From positions 16,705 through 80,704 of the forward strand of contig WSBC01000008.1 of the NCBI GenBank assembly GCA_009758405.1: DNA of 64,000 bases, given 5' to 3'. This document shows positions 39,130-51,905 of the stretch, one piece after another (the stretch's first letter is position 1; the number at the start of each line of letters is the position of its first letter). This DNA is from Methanobacteriota archaeon. Its GTDB lineage: Archaea > Thermoplasmatota > Thermoplasmata > Thermoplasmatales > ARK-15. A program made the translations under genes and the position numbers. The notes beneath the pieces were generated by a model, which made no database searches, was not told the origin of the DNA, and saw nothing but the letters and a program-made list of their open reading frames with translations.

Positions 39130-41430
39130 ATGGATAAAGTAATGAAAAGGGATGGTACAATAGTCCCCTTTGATAGAAAAAAGATAACCACTGCAATTTA
39201 CAAGGCCATGAAGGCCACTGGCTTTGAAAATTACAACGAGGCTGACAGGCTATCCCAGATAGTTGTAAAAAGGCTGGAGGAAATGGGTCTGGAGGTACCT
39301 AAGGTAGAGGAGATACAGGATGTTGTTGAAGAGGTCTTGATGATCCAGGGTTATACAAATGTGGCCAAGGCCTACATACTTTACAGGGAGAGAAGGAAGA
39401 TAATCAGGGAAATTAAAAAGGCCTATGGTGTAAAAGATGACCTGAAGCTCTCCCTTAATGCAATAAAGGTTCTGGAATCCAGATATCTTCTTAAAAATGA
39501 GAAGGGGGAAGTGATAGAAACCCCGGGCCAGATGTTTGAGCGTGTTTCTAAATATATTGCACTCATTGACATATTATACGATGAATTGATATATGATATA
39601 AATGGATCCCAGAGGCCGTGGGAGGTAAAGGATGTAAAGGAGCACACACTTACCTACTGGGAATATGATATGATAAAGAGGGCATATTCCATAATGAATC
39701 TCGAGGGAAGAATGAAGGTGCCCTTTGAAAAGGTAATTTCAATAATAAATGAAAAGGAAAGAGAGATAGAAAAAACATCCATGGTTTTCTATGATTTAAT
39801 GAGCAAGAGATACTTCATACCCAACTCGCCAACACTAATGAATGCAAACACAGAGATAGGCCAACTCTCAGCCTGTTTCGTTATACCTGTTAATGATTCA
39901 ATGGATGGCATATTTGATGCTGTTAAATTTGCTGCTTTGATTCACAAATCCGGTGGGGGTACAGGCTTTTCGTTTTCGAGGCTCAGACCCAAGGGGGATC
40001 TGGTTGGTTCAACAAAGGGTGTTGCCTCTGGACCTCTTAGCTTTATGAGAATATTTGATGTAGCGACAGATGTAATAAAGCAGGGAGGTAAGAGAAGAGG
40101 AGCAAATATGGGGATTTTAAGGGTGGACCACCCAGACATACTTGAGTTCATAACGAGCAAGGATTCGGAAAATAAAGTACTTACAAATTTCAACATAAGT
40201 GTGGCAGTGACTGATGAATTCATGAGGGCGCTTGAAAATAATACCACGTATCCTTTAAGGAATCCCAGGAATGGTGAGGTGGTAAGGGAGGTGGAGGCGA
40301 GGCGTATATGGGATCTGATAGTTTCACATGCATGGGCAACAGGAGATCCTGGTGTAATTTTCATTGATGAGATTAACAGACATAACCCCACGCCACATTT
40401 GGGTGAAATAGAGAGCACAAATCCCTGCGGTGAACAGCCATTGTTGCCATACGAATCCTGCAATCTTGGATCAATAAATCTCTCACTTATGGTTGATGAG
40501 GATGGTAGCATAAACTGGGAAAGGCTAAGGCATGTGGTAAGGGAATCTGTTCATTTCCTTGACAATGTTATTGATGCTAACAAATTCCCATTGCCACAGA
40601 TACAGGAAATGACAAGGAAAAATAGAAAAATAGGGCTTGGGGTAATGGGATTTGCAGAGATGCTTATTAAGATGGGCATACCCTATAATTCTGAGAAGGC
40701 ACTTGAAACAGCTGAAAAGGTTATGAAATTCATTAATGATGAGAGCCACAGGATGAGTATGGATCTTGCTGAAAAGAGGGGAGTATTTCCTGCCTGGAAG
40801 GGCTCAGTATGGGAAAAGAAGGGAATAAGGATAAGAAATGCAACAACAACCACAATTGCTCCAACTGGTACAATATCCATTATTGCTGATACAAGTTCAT
40901 CGATAGAGCCTCTCTTTGCCCTATCGTTTATAAGGAATGTTCTTGACGGGGCACAGCTTTTGGAGGTAAATCCACTCTTTGAAGAATATGCAAGAAGGAA
41001 TGGTTTTTATAGCGATGAAATAATGAGGGAGATAGCAAAAACAGGTTCTATACAGCATTTAGATCTTCCTGAGGAGGCAAAAAGGATATTCGTTACTGCA
41101 TCCGATATAGATCCAGAATGGCATGTCAGGATGCAGGCATCTTTTCAGAAATATACTGATAATGCAGTAAGCAAAACAATAAATATGAGGAATGAGGCAA
41201 CTATTGCTGATGTTGAGAAGGCATACATGCTTGCATATAAGCTGAAGTGCAAGGGAATAACTGTATACAGGGATGGTAGCAAGAGTGTGCAGGTTCTAAC
41301 AAAGGGAACAGAGAAAAAGAAGGAGGAGAAAAAAATAGAGCTCGAATTTAAGCCTAAAGACACTGAGTTATTACAAGTTGATAGCACCTTTGACTCCGCA
41401 TGCCCTACAGGCAAATGTGAGCTATCATGA
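39130..41430 (+). CDS. nrdJ: Class II (AdoCbl-dependent) ribonucleotide reductase with ATP-cone
   Basis: VMKRDG ATP-cone, [48 protein letters not shown]-terminal CPTGKC. Confidence 0.95.
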   Translation: MDKVMKRDGTIVPFDRKKITTAIYKAMKATGFENYNEADRLSQIVVKRLEEMGLEVPKVEEIQDVVEEVLMIQGYTNVAKAYILYRERRKIIREIKKAYGVKDDLKLSLNAIKVLESRYLLKNEKGEVIETPGQMFERVSKYIALIDILYDELIYDINGSQRPWEVKDVKEHTLTYWEYDMIKRAYSIMNLEGRMKVPFEKVISIINEKEREIEKTSMVFYDLMSKRYFIPNSPTLMNANTEIGQLSACFVIPVNDSMDGIFDAVKFAALIHKSGGGTGFSFSRLRPKGDLVGSTKGVASGPLSFMRIFDVATDVIKQGGKRRGANMGILRVDHPDILEFITSKDSENKVLTNFNISVAVTDEFMRALENNTTYPLRNPRNGEVVREVEARRIWDLIVSHAWATGDPGVIFIDEINRHNPTPHLGEIESTNPCGEQPLLPYESCNLGSINLSLMVDEDGSINWERLRHVVRESVHFLDNVIDANKFPLPQIQEMTRKNRKIGLGVMGFAEMLIKMGIPYNSEKALETAEKVMKFINDESHRMSMDLAEKRGVFPAWKGSVWEKKGIRIRNATTTTIAPTGTISIIADTSSSIEPLFALSFIRNVLDGAQLLEVNPLFEEYARRNGFYSDEIMREIAKTGSIQHLDLPEEAKRIFVTASDIDPEWHVRMQASFQKYTDNAVSKTINMRNEATIADVEKAYMLAYKLKCKGITVYRDGSKSVQVLTKGTEKKKEEKKIELEFKPKDTELLQVDSTFDSACPTGKCELS

Positions 41431-42086
41431 AATCAATACAGCTTTACATGGACCTGCAGAAGCTTGGAATGGTAAATTCACACTTTTATCTTCACGACAA
41501 GAGGCTTGTTGTTACAAAAATAATAAACTATGATGGAGGTCACATAACATATATAGCTGAAATTAGCAGATCTGACTTTATAGATGAAAAAACAATAAGC
41601 TTAAAAAAGGAGGAAATAATTAAAAGATACTCCCTTGAAACATTTGAATTAATTTCTGTTGACAGAAAAAACAAAAATTATAAGGTTTTAATTGTTCAAA
41701 AATTACCCGATCTATTTTCTATGATTTACAATGAAATGAACTATAGTGCCTTTATTGTACCTCCAGTGATTGTAAGTAGCGAAAATATGATGGTGACATT
41801 ATTAGTGAAGGATGAGAAATTGGACTACCTCCTTCAATTCCTTAAAAAATTTGGAATAAACTATAGAATTATTAGGAAAACTATGATACCTAGGGAGAGG
41901 GGGCTTACGGTAAGGCAATGGGATGTTGCAATTACAGCAATTTCTATGGGATACTACTCAATTCCTAAGAAGGCAAAATTGAAGGACATTGCAAAAAAGT
42001 TTAAGATTTCTGTTCCTGCAGTTCAGAGGATCCTTAGAAGCGTAGAAATTAAAGCTATGGAGGAGTATTTTAATCCTCTATTATAG
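41427..42086 (+). CDS. HTH_10 (bacterio-opsin-activator-type) regulator
   Basis: C-terminal LTVRQ...A...[13 protein letters not shown]....S......LR..E. Confidence 0.85.
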   Translation: MKSIQLYMDLQKLGMVNSHFYLHDKRLVVTKIINYDGGHITYIAEISRSDFIDEKTISLKKEEIIKRYSLETFELISVDRKNKNYKVLIVQKLPDLFSMIYNEMNYSAFIVPPVIVSSENMMVTLLVKDEKLDYLLQFLKKFGINYRIIRKTMIPRERGLTVRQWDVAITAISMGYYSIPKKAKLKDIAKKFKISVPAVQRILRSVEIKAMEEYFNPLL

Positions 42087-42209
42087 GTCATTAGTAAAAA
42101 TATCATTATTTTTTCTATAAATTCTTTAATTTTATTTATATAAATATTGTAAAAAATTTCTAAAGTTACTAAAGAAAAATTTTATTTTTGAGTTTGGATT
42201 CTAAATTCA

Positions 42210-43292
42210 ATGCTAAGAATTAATGATGCTGATATAATATTAAAAAATGATCCTTTGAAAAAGATATATATTGAAATTACAAGTGGTTGTAATTTATCCT
42301 GTAAAATGTGTTACAGAAATTTTTGGAGTGATCCCGTTGGGAACATGGAGAAAAGAATATTCTATAAGGTGTTAGAGGATGCAAATGAATTTGATGAATT
42401 GAGTGATATACACTTTGGAGGCATAGGTGAACCATTATTTCATCCAAACTTTAATGATTTTCTAAAATCAATACCAAATAAGTATAATATTGAAATCTCA
42501 ACAAACGGTACTCTTCTAAATGAGATATATTCAAGAAAAATTGTGGAAAAGGGGGTTAAAATGGTTATATTTTCAATAGATTCACCTCAAGAACAGGGAT
42601 TTATGGACATAAGGGGAATTAAATCCAATATAATATACAGAAATATAGAAACTCTAAATAAGATAAAAAACGAAATGAGAAGTGATTTTCCCGAGCTTGA
42701 AATAGAGTTTGTTGCAATGCGTTCAAACATAGAATCACTTCCACAGATGGTAGAGGTAGCAGATTCCCTTGGTGTTTCCAAATTCCTGGTTTCCCATCTT
42801 CTACCACTTGATGAAAAATTGAAAGATGAGATTGTTTATAACACAAATGAATTCAATATATATTTTGATGAATTCATAAGGAAGGCAATGTCTAAAAGGA
42901 TAATGACAACAATGCCAGAATATTCACTAAAGACAGAGAGGATATGTGATTTTATGGAAAGAAGGAGCACTGTTATCTCATGGGATGGTGAGGTAATTCC
43001 TTGCTATAGATTCCTTCATGAGTATCCAGAGTATATTTTTGGAAGGAAAAAGACTGTAAAGAGATATTCCTTTGGAAATATAATGAAAAGAAGACTGAAG
43101 GACATATGGTACGGAGATGATTACAGGAAATTCAGATGGATAGTAAAGTCATCCCTCTATCCTTCCTGTATAGACTGCGTTTTTGCTGATAAAAAATGCA
43201 ACTTTGTTCTTGACACATCACTTGATTGTGAGGGTAATTCACCCTCCTGCGGTGATTGTCTCTGGTCTAGAAGGCTAATTCTCTGCCCCTAA
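42210..43292 (+). CDS. Radical SAM/SPASM protein, similar to tungsten-oxidoreductase maturases
   Basis: CNLSCKMC, GGIGEP, SPASM C...WDGEVIPCY, YPSCIDC...C...DC.GNSPSCGDCLWS. Confidence 0.8.
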   Translation: MLRINDADIILKNDPLKKIYIEITSGCNLSCKMCYRNFWSDPVGNMEKRIFYKVLEDANEFDELSDIHFGGIGEPLFHPNFNDFLKSIPNKYNIEISTNGTLLNEIYSRKIVEKGVKMVIFSIDSPQEQGFMDIRGIKSNIIYRNIETLNKIKNEMRSDFPELEIEFVAMRSNIESLPQMVEVADSLGVSKFLVSHLLPLDEKLKDEIVYNTNEFNIYFDEFIRKAMSKRIMTTMPEYSLKTERICDFMERRSTVISWDGEVIPCYRFLHEYPEYIFGRKKTVKRYSFGNIMKRRLKDIWYGDDYRKFRWIVKSSLYPSCIDCVFADKKCNFVLDTSLDCEGNSPSCGDCLWSRRLILCP

Positions 43293-43326
43293 ATATTTAT
43301 ATATTTAATTTTAATAATTTAAATCA

Positions 43327-45147
<1,821 letters not shown>

Positions 45148-45193
45148 TTATTAATACATTAAATTTAAATAATTGTATTTAATTGGGATAAAC

Positions 45194-46306
45194 ATGGATG
45201 TAATAAGGGGTTTCAAAGGAATTGGTTATTCTAAGTCGCTCAATCCGCTTGACCCTTACTTAACATTGCCATACGATGAAATAAAGGGTAAAAAAAGGTT
45301 AGAGTATTTAAAAAAGAGTAATTATAATTTTGTAAGAATAATTCTTCCAGAGGAAGGCGAAGATCCACTTTTAACCATAAGGTCTTTTATGTCTAAAAAG
45401 ATATTTGAAAGGGATAAGAAAGATAACATATACTTATTTGAACAGGAGTTTTATTACAGAAAAAGGAGGTACTTAAGAAGGGGATTCATTGCACTTCTCA
45501 ATTTAGACTATGCAAGGGAAAAGGTTCATCCTCACGAAAAGATTTTTCAAGCACCGATGATACAAAGGCTTAAGCTTTTGGAAAAAACTGGATTTGATCT
45601 CGAGCCAATTTTCCTTCTTTATGATGAAAGATTAGCCAAATGTTTTAGATTTGAAAATTTAGAATTACTTGCGTGGGGAGAAGAGCCTGCTGGAATAATA
45701 AACAGACTGTATTCATCAGAAATCAACTTCGATGGATGTGATGCTGGTGAATTTGTAATAGCGGACGGGCATCATAGGTTTTCAGCTGCTCTTGAATTTT
45801 ATAAAAATAAAAGTGTTGCTGGCTGGATTATGGCATATTTTGTAGATTTAAATAATGAATCTTTATTCATTCTACCTTCATACAAGGTAGTAAAGGGGGC
45901 TAAATTTAATATTAATGAATTAGAGGATTATTTCGATATTGAAAAGTTAGAAGGAACTTTTAATTTACTCAGAAAAAACGCATTTTTGATGCAAAGTAAA
46001 GAAGGTTCTTATATTCTTTATTTAAAAGAAAAAAGCGATTTACCTGAACCTGTTATATTTGAAGAAATAATTATGAAAAAGATTATTAGATTAAAAATAA
46101 ATGTTAAAAATGTAAAGACCTTTAGATCCGTTGATAATATTTCTTTGTCAAAAAATGACGTTTCATTTATTTTCAGACCACCTTCACCAAAGGAGGTATG
46201 GGATTTTGCTATAAAAGGTGGAATTATGCCTCAGAAATCCACATATTTCTACCCAAAAATTGCTTCTGGACTGAGAATTTTTGATAAAATTAATTTTTTT
46301 AATTAA
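45194..46306 (+). CDS. DUF1015 family protein
   Basis: PYD, PHEK, IADGHHR, MPQKSTYFYPK motifs. Confidence 0.85.
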   Translation: MDVIRGFKGIGYSKSLNPLDPYLTLPYDEIKGKKRLEYLKKSNYNFVRIILPEEGEDPLLTIRSFMSKKIFERDKKDNIYLFEQEFYYRKRRYLRRGFIALLNLDYAREKVHPHEKIFQAPMIQRLKLLEKTGFDLEPIFLLYDERLAKCFRFENLELLAWGEEPAGIINRLYSSEINFDGCDAGEFVIADGHHRFSAALEFYKNKSVAGWIMAYFVDLNNESLFILPSYKVVKGAKFNINELEDYFDIEKLEGTFNLLRKNAFLMQSKEGSYILYLKEKSDLPEPVIFEEIIMKKIIRLKINVKNVKTFRSVDNISLSKNDVSFIFRPPSPKEVWDFAIKGGIMPQKSTYFYPKIASGLRIFDKINFFN

Positions 46307-46328
46307 AAAGTAGTTTTAAGATACATTA

Positions 46329-46430
46329 TGCCGGGGCCGGGGATCGAACCCGGGGCCTTCGGATTTCCCAAGTCCTTTTTAAAAAAGGAACCCTATGAGT
46401 CCGACGCTCTACCAGCTGAGCCACCCCGGC
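46329..46430 (-). tRNA. tRNA-Met(CAT), elongator type, with a 29-nt intron at 37/38 (46365-46393)
   Basis: GCCGGGGTGGCTCAGCTGGTAGAGCGTCGGA-CTCATA-[GGGTTCCTTTTTTAAAAAGGACTTGGGAA]-ATCCGAAGGCCCCGGGTTCGATCCCCGGCCCCGGCA; BHB-like junction. Confidence 0.92.
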
Positions 46431-46431
46431 A

Positions 46432-47049
46432 TTATGTGAGCTGAGTTTGGGAAGGAATTGAAAGAAGGTTGGATTTCCTTACCTCTATTTTCTTAATGTT
46501 GTATACTGACTTTACATTCTTTTCAATGTCCTGAACAATCTTATCTGAGAGCATGTAATTTACAAACTCATAAAAATTCATTTTTGTTCCATTGTTTAAA
46601 ACAGCCTCTATTATCTTTTTCCTTATTGCACTTTTTAATGAAGAATTTATCCTTTTATCTGCAATGGCCGTAATCTTTACCCTAATTGTGTAACCATCTG
46701 ACGTTGTAACTGGGAATATTGCATCTATTCTAGATCTCCTTCTCCTTACCAGTCTTCTAATATAGTCCTGTGTAACATCGTGACCAATGAAATGTGTAAA
46801 TGCCTGATTCCCATCTATTTTATTTACCTTGAAATAAAGCTTAACATACTCCTTTTTAATATCCCCATTAATATTATATAGGGTTGTTTCTGCCACTCTC
46901 CCCATTACCTGTTCTGGAGTTTCAGCTGGCGTCTCGGCTATTTCCTTCAAACCAAGACTTTCAGGTGTAAGTATTTTGTACCAGCTCTTAGCCTTCCACT
47001 TATCCTTAATCTTTTTAGCAGCTGCCCTTTCCGAAACTTTCTGAGACAT
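46432..47049 (-). CDS. rps3ae: 30S ribosomal protein S3ae
   Basis: KDKWKAKSWY, GRVAETTL, DYIRRLVRRRRSRID, KIEVRKS; start at MSQK. Confidence 0.95.
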   Translation of the reverse strand: MSQKVSERAAAKKIKDKWKAKSWYKILTPESLGLKEIAETPAETPEQVMGRVAETTLYNINGDIKKEYVKLYFKVNKIDGNQAFTHFIGHDVTQDYIRRLVRRRRSRIDAIFPVTTSDGYTIRVKITAIADKRINSSLKSAIRKKIIEAVLNNGTKMNFYEFVNYMLSDKIVQDIEKNVKSVYNIKKIEVRKSNLLSIPSQTQLT

Positions 47050-47185
47050 ATATATGCACCAATTGAGATTAAAATCCATAAAGGGAGATGTTATTTAAAT
47101 TTTTTTGAGATTTTTAACTCTTATTCACCAAATAATATGGCCTAAAAATAGTTTATTGATATTAAAAATATTATAAAAAAAATTA

Positions 47186-48340
47186 TTAAAGTTTTGGAAC
47201 AAGGGCAGAGGCAATTGGGGATCCCCATCCTGTTACATAGTCCCAGCCAACCTGCGCATTATAATAGCCATTACTTGGTCCAGAGACAATGTCGTGGAAA
47301 TACTGCGAATAGCTGTTTGAGGAGGCAAGGGAATAGATTGTGGTTTGAACAAGCCCTAGACCGTGTCCCTGAATCTGGGCAGCAATTGCAATCAAACCTG
47401 CCCACTGTGGTGCACCTATGCTCGTTCCACCAAAGACATACCAGGATCCAGAATAATATACAGATACACCAGTGTTAGGGTTTGCATCGTATGCCACATC
47501 AGGAACGCCCCTATAATTGTTAGTTATTAGGGAAACAGACTTCTGGTATGATGGTTCTGAGAAATAAGAGCTTGAACCTCCACCAGATCCTGACCAGGTA
47601 GTTTCACCATTCCAGACGTTATTGGTTATTGTTAGGGTAGTACCTCCAACACTTAGTACATTTGGATCAGAAGCAGGGAAATTTACGGTAAGGGAGCTCG
47701 TTCCATCGTATGCTCCATTGTCGCCGGAAGAGGCAATAGGGGTGATTCCCTTAGATACAGCATATGAGAATAGTTGATCCCATTGATTGAGTATTGTTGT
47801 TGATGTCTGTGATTCCGCAGCACCAAAGCTCATTGATATTGCAACAACATTTGTGGAATTTGCCAATCCTACCGCATACTGTAATCCATTATATAGGTCT
47901 GTAAAACTTGCGCTTTTAACTACAACAAGATCAATTGTAGCACCAGGTGCTATTGCGTGTGCCCATTCAACATCAAGTGTAGTTTCCTGTGCCCAGCCAG
48001 TATTTTTTGTATTTACCTTACCCTCAGGATAGTATACATTAAGCTTAATCTGTGGAAGACCAAAATAATTATCGAAATAGTTAACATCATTTGTTATGCT
48101 AGAACTTCCATATGCATCAACAATAACTATTGTTGTTCCGATACCATCATAGCCCTGACTGATTAATGTATTAACAGAGTAGGCAGATTGCATTTGCTGT
48201 GGTGAATAACCCTGTGGGGAGCTTTGTTTTGCAAGAACTTTTGAAAATGGCGTTGCTGTCACATTATAGCTCAAAAAAATAGTGAATGGAACCAATAGAG
48301 ATATCACTACAACTATTGCAAAGATTTTTTTATGATCCAT
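47186..48340 (-). CDS. S53 (sedolisin/kumamolisin-type) serine peptidase lacking a typical prodomain
   Basis: Signal/anchor peptide; ETTLDVE (E/D), SSGDNG, GGTSIGAP (S), GWDYVTGWGSP. Confidence 0.9.
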   Translation of the reverse strand: MDHKKIFAIVVVISLLVPFTIFLSYNVTATPFSKVLAKQSSPQGYSPQQMQSAYSVNTLISQGYDGIGTTIVIVDAYGSSSITNDVNYFDNYFGLPQIKLNVYYPEGKVNTKNTGWAQETTLDVEWAHAIAPGATIDLVVVKSASFTDLYNGLQYAVGLANSTNVVAISMSFGAAESQTSTTILNQWDQLFSYAVSKGITPIASSGDNGAYDGTSSLTVNFPASDPNVLSVGGTTLTITNNVWNGETTWSGSGGGSSSYFSEPSYQKSVSLITNNYRGVPDVAYDANPNTGVSVYYSGSWYVFGGTSIGAPQWAGLIAIAAQIQGHGLGLVQTTIYSLASSNSYSQYFHDIVSGPSNGYYNAQVGWDYVTGWGSPIASALVPKL

Positions 48341-48372
48341 GATAACAGATAACAAAACACAATATAAAAAAT

Positions 48373-49443
48373 TTACACTTCTATCAAATCCTTTGGTGCT
48401 GTGGTGAGAACCTCTGCTCCTTCTCTCTTAACAAGAACATCATCCTCAATCCTTACACCACCAAACCCCTTTAAATACACTCCAGGTTCAACAGTCACCA
48501 CCATTCCTTCCCTCAAGATGAGATCAGATGATTGTGAAAGGGCTGGATGGTCATGAACTGCTAGACCTACGCCATGACCAGTTGAATGTATGAAAAGTCC
48601 CTTAAATTCTGTGGAATCTATGAAATTTCTAACCTCTGTGTCTACATCCTTCCCAGGTTTACCATCTTTTATTGCCCTTATGCCTATTTCCTGGGCCTCC
48701 TTTACCACTTCATAAATCCTTTTCTGCTTATCATTTCCACTTCCAAATATATATGTCCTTGTAATATCTGAATTATATTTTCTATATCTTGCACCGAAGT
48801 CTAAAAGCACAAAATCACCCTTTTTCAATTTCCTTGATCCAGAAAAATAATGTGGTTCTGCAGAATTTTCTCCGAATGCAACAATTGGAGTGAATGCATT
48901 TTCCTGTGCACCATTTTTCATAAGAATGTATGTTAGATATGCTGCAAGTTCATTCTCTGTCATTCCCTCTTTCATATAGTTAATTATTTCCTCTGCCGCA
49001 ATACTTGCTATTCTAGCTGCTTCTTTAATAAGTGATATTTCAAAATCATCCTTCACCTGCCTGAAGCTACTCAATTTAGAATCAATATCTAAGAATTCAA
49101 TTTCTGGGAATTTCGATTTTAAATTATTGAATTCCTTAATTGTGAATGTAGAATAGGATATGCCTATCTTCTTTTTATTTTCTAAAATCTGTTTTAAAAT
49201 TTCATCCTTCTCAGTATTCTTTTTGAAAATTCTTACATCAAGATTCGATTTTTTTGCAGAAGTTTCCTCAAGTTCACTGGTTATTATCACACTTTTTTCC
49301 TTATCTATAAAAAGATATGATCCCTCAAATATTCCAGAGTCAAGAAGCTTAGTAATATAGAAAAAATTCAGGTCTATGACAGGTTCGCCTTGATTATAAA
49401 TCAGTATTCCATCCATATCTTTTAAAAGATCACTCAAGTCCAT
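48373..49443 (-). CDS. Xaa-Pro aminopeptidase (M24)
   Basis: PH, DFG, SDITRT, HSTGHGVGL..H, TVEPG, GVRIEDD. Confidence 0.93.
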   Translation of the reverse strand: MDLSDLLKDMDGILIYNQGEPVIDLNFFYITKLLDSGIFEGSYLFIDKEKSVIITSELEETSAKKSNLDVRIFKKNTEKDEILKQILENKKKIGISYSTFTIKEFNNLKSKFPEIEFLDIDSKLSSFRQVKDDFEISLIKEAARIASIAAEEIINYMKEGMTENELAAYLTYILMKNGAQENAFTPIVAFGENSAEPHYFSGSRKLKKGDFVLLDFGARYRKYNSDITRTYIFGSGNDKQKRIYEVVKEAQEIGIRAIKDGKPGKDVDTEVRNFIDSTEFKGLFIHSTGHGVGLAVHDHPALSQSSDLILREGMVVTVEPGVYLKGFGGVRIEDDVLVKREGAEVLTTAPKDLIEV

Positions 49444-49531
49444 AATTATAGTAATGCCTTCTTATTATTAAAATTATTTTAAAACTAGTTGAATAAATTT
49501 ATTAAAAATGTTACATTATCAGCTTAGGAAA

Positions 49532-51270
49532 ATGAAAAAAATAAATGAGTTACCTTACCTTCAAAGATGGTTTATTTTAGCAACAATAATAGGGATCATT
49601 GCCGGTTTAGGGGCATTGCTTTTTTATTATGCAATCATTTTTTTCACCTATATTTTTATGAATGTTTTTTTGGGTATAATATTACCATCACCACTGGGAG
49701 AGGGAGGAAATCTAAGTTTTACAATTACTAATACTAGATATATACTCATTCCTATCTCAACCACAATAGGAGGTCTTATCTCTGGACTTTTAGTTTATAA
49801 ATTCGCCCCAGAAGCAGAAGGGCATGGTACTGATGCAGCAATAGATGCTTATCATAACAAGCAGGGTAAAGTTAGGGGTATTGTTATACCTATAAAGGTA
49901 CTTGCTTCCGCAATTACAATTGGTAGTGGTGGAAGTGCTGGTAGAGAAGGACCAACTGCTCAGATATCATCAGGGCTAGGGTCTATAATTGCTGACTTAT
50001 TGCATTTAAATCCTGAGGACAGAAGAAGAGCAGTTGCGGTTGGAATAGGAGCGGGAATAGGTACTATATTCAAAGCACCTATTGGGGGTGCCATACTGGG
50101 TGCGGAAATTCTGTATAAAAGGGATATTGAACCAGAAATAATATACCCCAGTCTAATTGCATCCGCCATTGGCTATTCCATTTTTGGATCTGTAGTTGGT
50201 TTCACACCAATTTTTGGTTACTATTTGGGATCATTCAATCCATTAAGATTACCATTTTATTTTATCCTAGGTGCTGTAACTGGACTATTCGCAATATTTT
50301 ATGTCAAAATATTCTATAAAATTAGATCATTTTTTCAAAAAATGAATATTAATAAATATTTTAAACCAGCAATTGGTGGTCTAATTGTAGGAATTATAGC
50401 CCTATTGTTTCCTGAGGTAATGGGTGTTGGATATGGATGGGTTCAGATATTTATATTAAATAAAATGAATATAATACCTTCATTTGGTCTACCATTAATC
50501 ATTATTCTTTTATTACTTCCATTTTTAAAGGTTCTGGCCACATCATTTTCAATAGGATCAGGGGTAGTGGTGGTGTTTTTGCACCTGGAATGGTGATAGG
50601 TGCATCACTTGGCCTTTTAATGGGAATTCTTTTTAATTTTATAGCCCCTAATATTGTTACATCATATGTACCATTTGTAATTGTTGGTATGCTTTCATTT
50701 TTCGGTGCTGCAGGTAAGGCTCCTCTATCTGTAATGATTATGGTGGTAGAAATGACTGGTAGTTTACAGCTATTACCTGCAGCAATGGTTGCTGTTGCAG
50801 TTTCATACATAGTGTCTGGAAATAATACAATCTATAGGTCACAAGTTCCAACAAGAAAGGATTCACCTGCGCACAAGGGAGAGTATAATACTCCTCTTTT
50901 ATCAACTATAAAAATATCTGACATCCCTTTGAAAGATATAAAGGTGAACTTAAATGATAAAATAAAAAATGCCAAGGATTTAATGGAAGAAAATTCCATG
51001 ATTTCTATACCAGTTGTCGATGATAAAAACACATATGTAGGTATTTTATATTTTAATGATATTATAAATTTAAATAATGAGGAGGTAAAAAAATATACTA
51101 GACCGAGCATAGCTTACATACATATTGATTCTTCTGCTGAAGATGCCTGGGAAATTATGAACCAGTTAAAATCAAGCTGGGCACCTGTGGTAGAGAAGGG
51201 AAGATTTTTAGGAGTTGTAACGATGAATGATATTTTAAATTTTTACAAAAAATTATCAAGGAATATCTAA
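49532..51270 (+). pseudogene. ClC chloride channel/antiporter with CBS pair, -1 frameshift at the G-run 50561-50564
   Basis: [23 protein letters not shown]. Adding one G restores [12 protein letters not shown] and fuses the 362-aa and 226-aa ORFs. May be an assembly error. Confidence 0.85.
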
Positions 51271-51849
51271 ATTGATTAATTTTTGTGTTAATTGTTTCCA
51301 AGCATCTTCAAGTGAAGAATTTGAGTCAATGTAAATATAATTTCTTATCTTAGAAAGATGTATGTAAAAATTTCTAACTTCTCTAAGATATTCTATTTTC
51401 TCAAAGTATTCTCTTTTTCTCGATTTTATTCTTCCAAGACCAATTTTTGGGTCAACATCCAAATAAATTATTATATCTGGTTCTAGGGAGAATGGCCTAT
51501 AAATATTATTCATATATTGATAGGCATTTTCATAACCATTCAAAAAATTTTTAAGCACTGCACCCTGGTATGCAAATGTTGAGTCCACATATCTATCACA
51601 TATCACCACATAACCAGAGGATAATTTTTCTTTTATTATTTTAATATGTTCTACTCTATCAGCCATAAAAATAAATATTCTAGTATAAATATCTAATTCC
51701 TTTTCCATAATGGATTTTACATCAAATATTATTTGTGTAGGCTCCTCCGTTAGATAAACATTTTTACCTGATTTTTCAAATTTTTCCTTAAGCATACTTG
51801 CAATTGATGTTTTTCCAGATCCATCTATACCCTCAAGGGTAATAAACAT
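51256..51849 (-). CDS. tmk: Thymidylate kinase
   Basis: FITLEGIDGSGKT, EP, ADR, CDRYVDSTFAYQG. Confidence 0.95.
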   Translation of the reverse strand: MFITLEGIDGSGKTSIASMLKEKFEKSGKNVYLTEEPTQIIFDVKSIMEKELDIYTRIFIFMADRVEHIKIIKEKLSSGYVVICDRYVDSTFAYQGAVLKNFLNGYENAYQYMNNIYRPFSLEPDIIIYLDVDPKIGLGRIKSRKREYFEKIEYLREVRNFYIHLSKIRNYIYIDSNSSLEDAWKQLTQKLINLDIP

Positions 51850-51905
51850 AAAAATGATAATGTTTTACCATAAGATTAATTTTATTGCAACCAATTATCT
51901 TTTCT

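Noticed and set aside
39130-41430. Intein in the ribonucleotide reductase
   Set aside because: No C/S...HN splice motifs or LAGLIDADG blocks, and the length is normal.
49532-51270. ClC as the fluoride exporter (CLC-F) partner of the riboswitch
   Set aside because: Its motifs are GHGTD / GREGP / GVFAP, not the CLC-F signatures GNNLI / GREGT / GEVTP, and there is no aptamer upstream.
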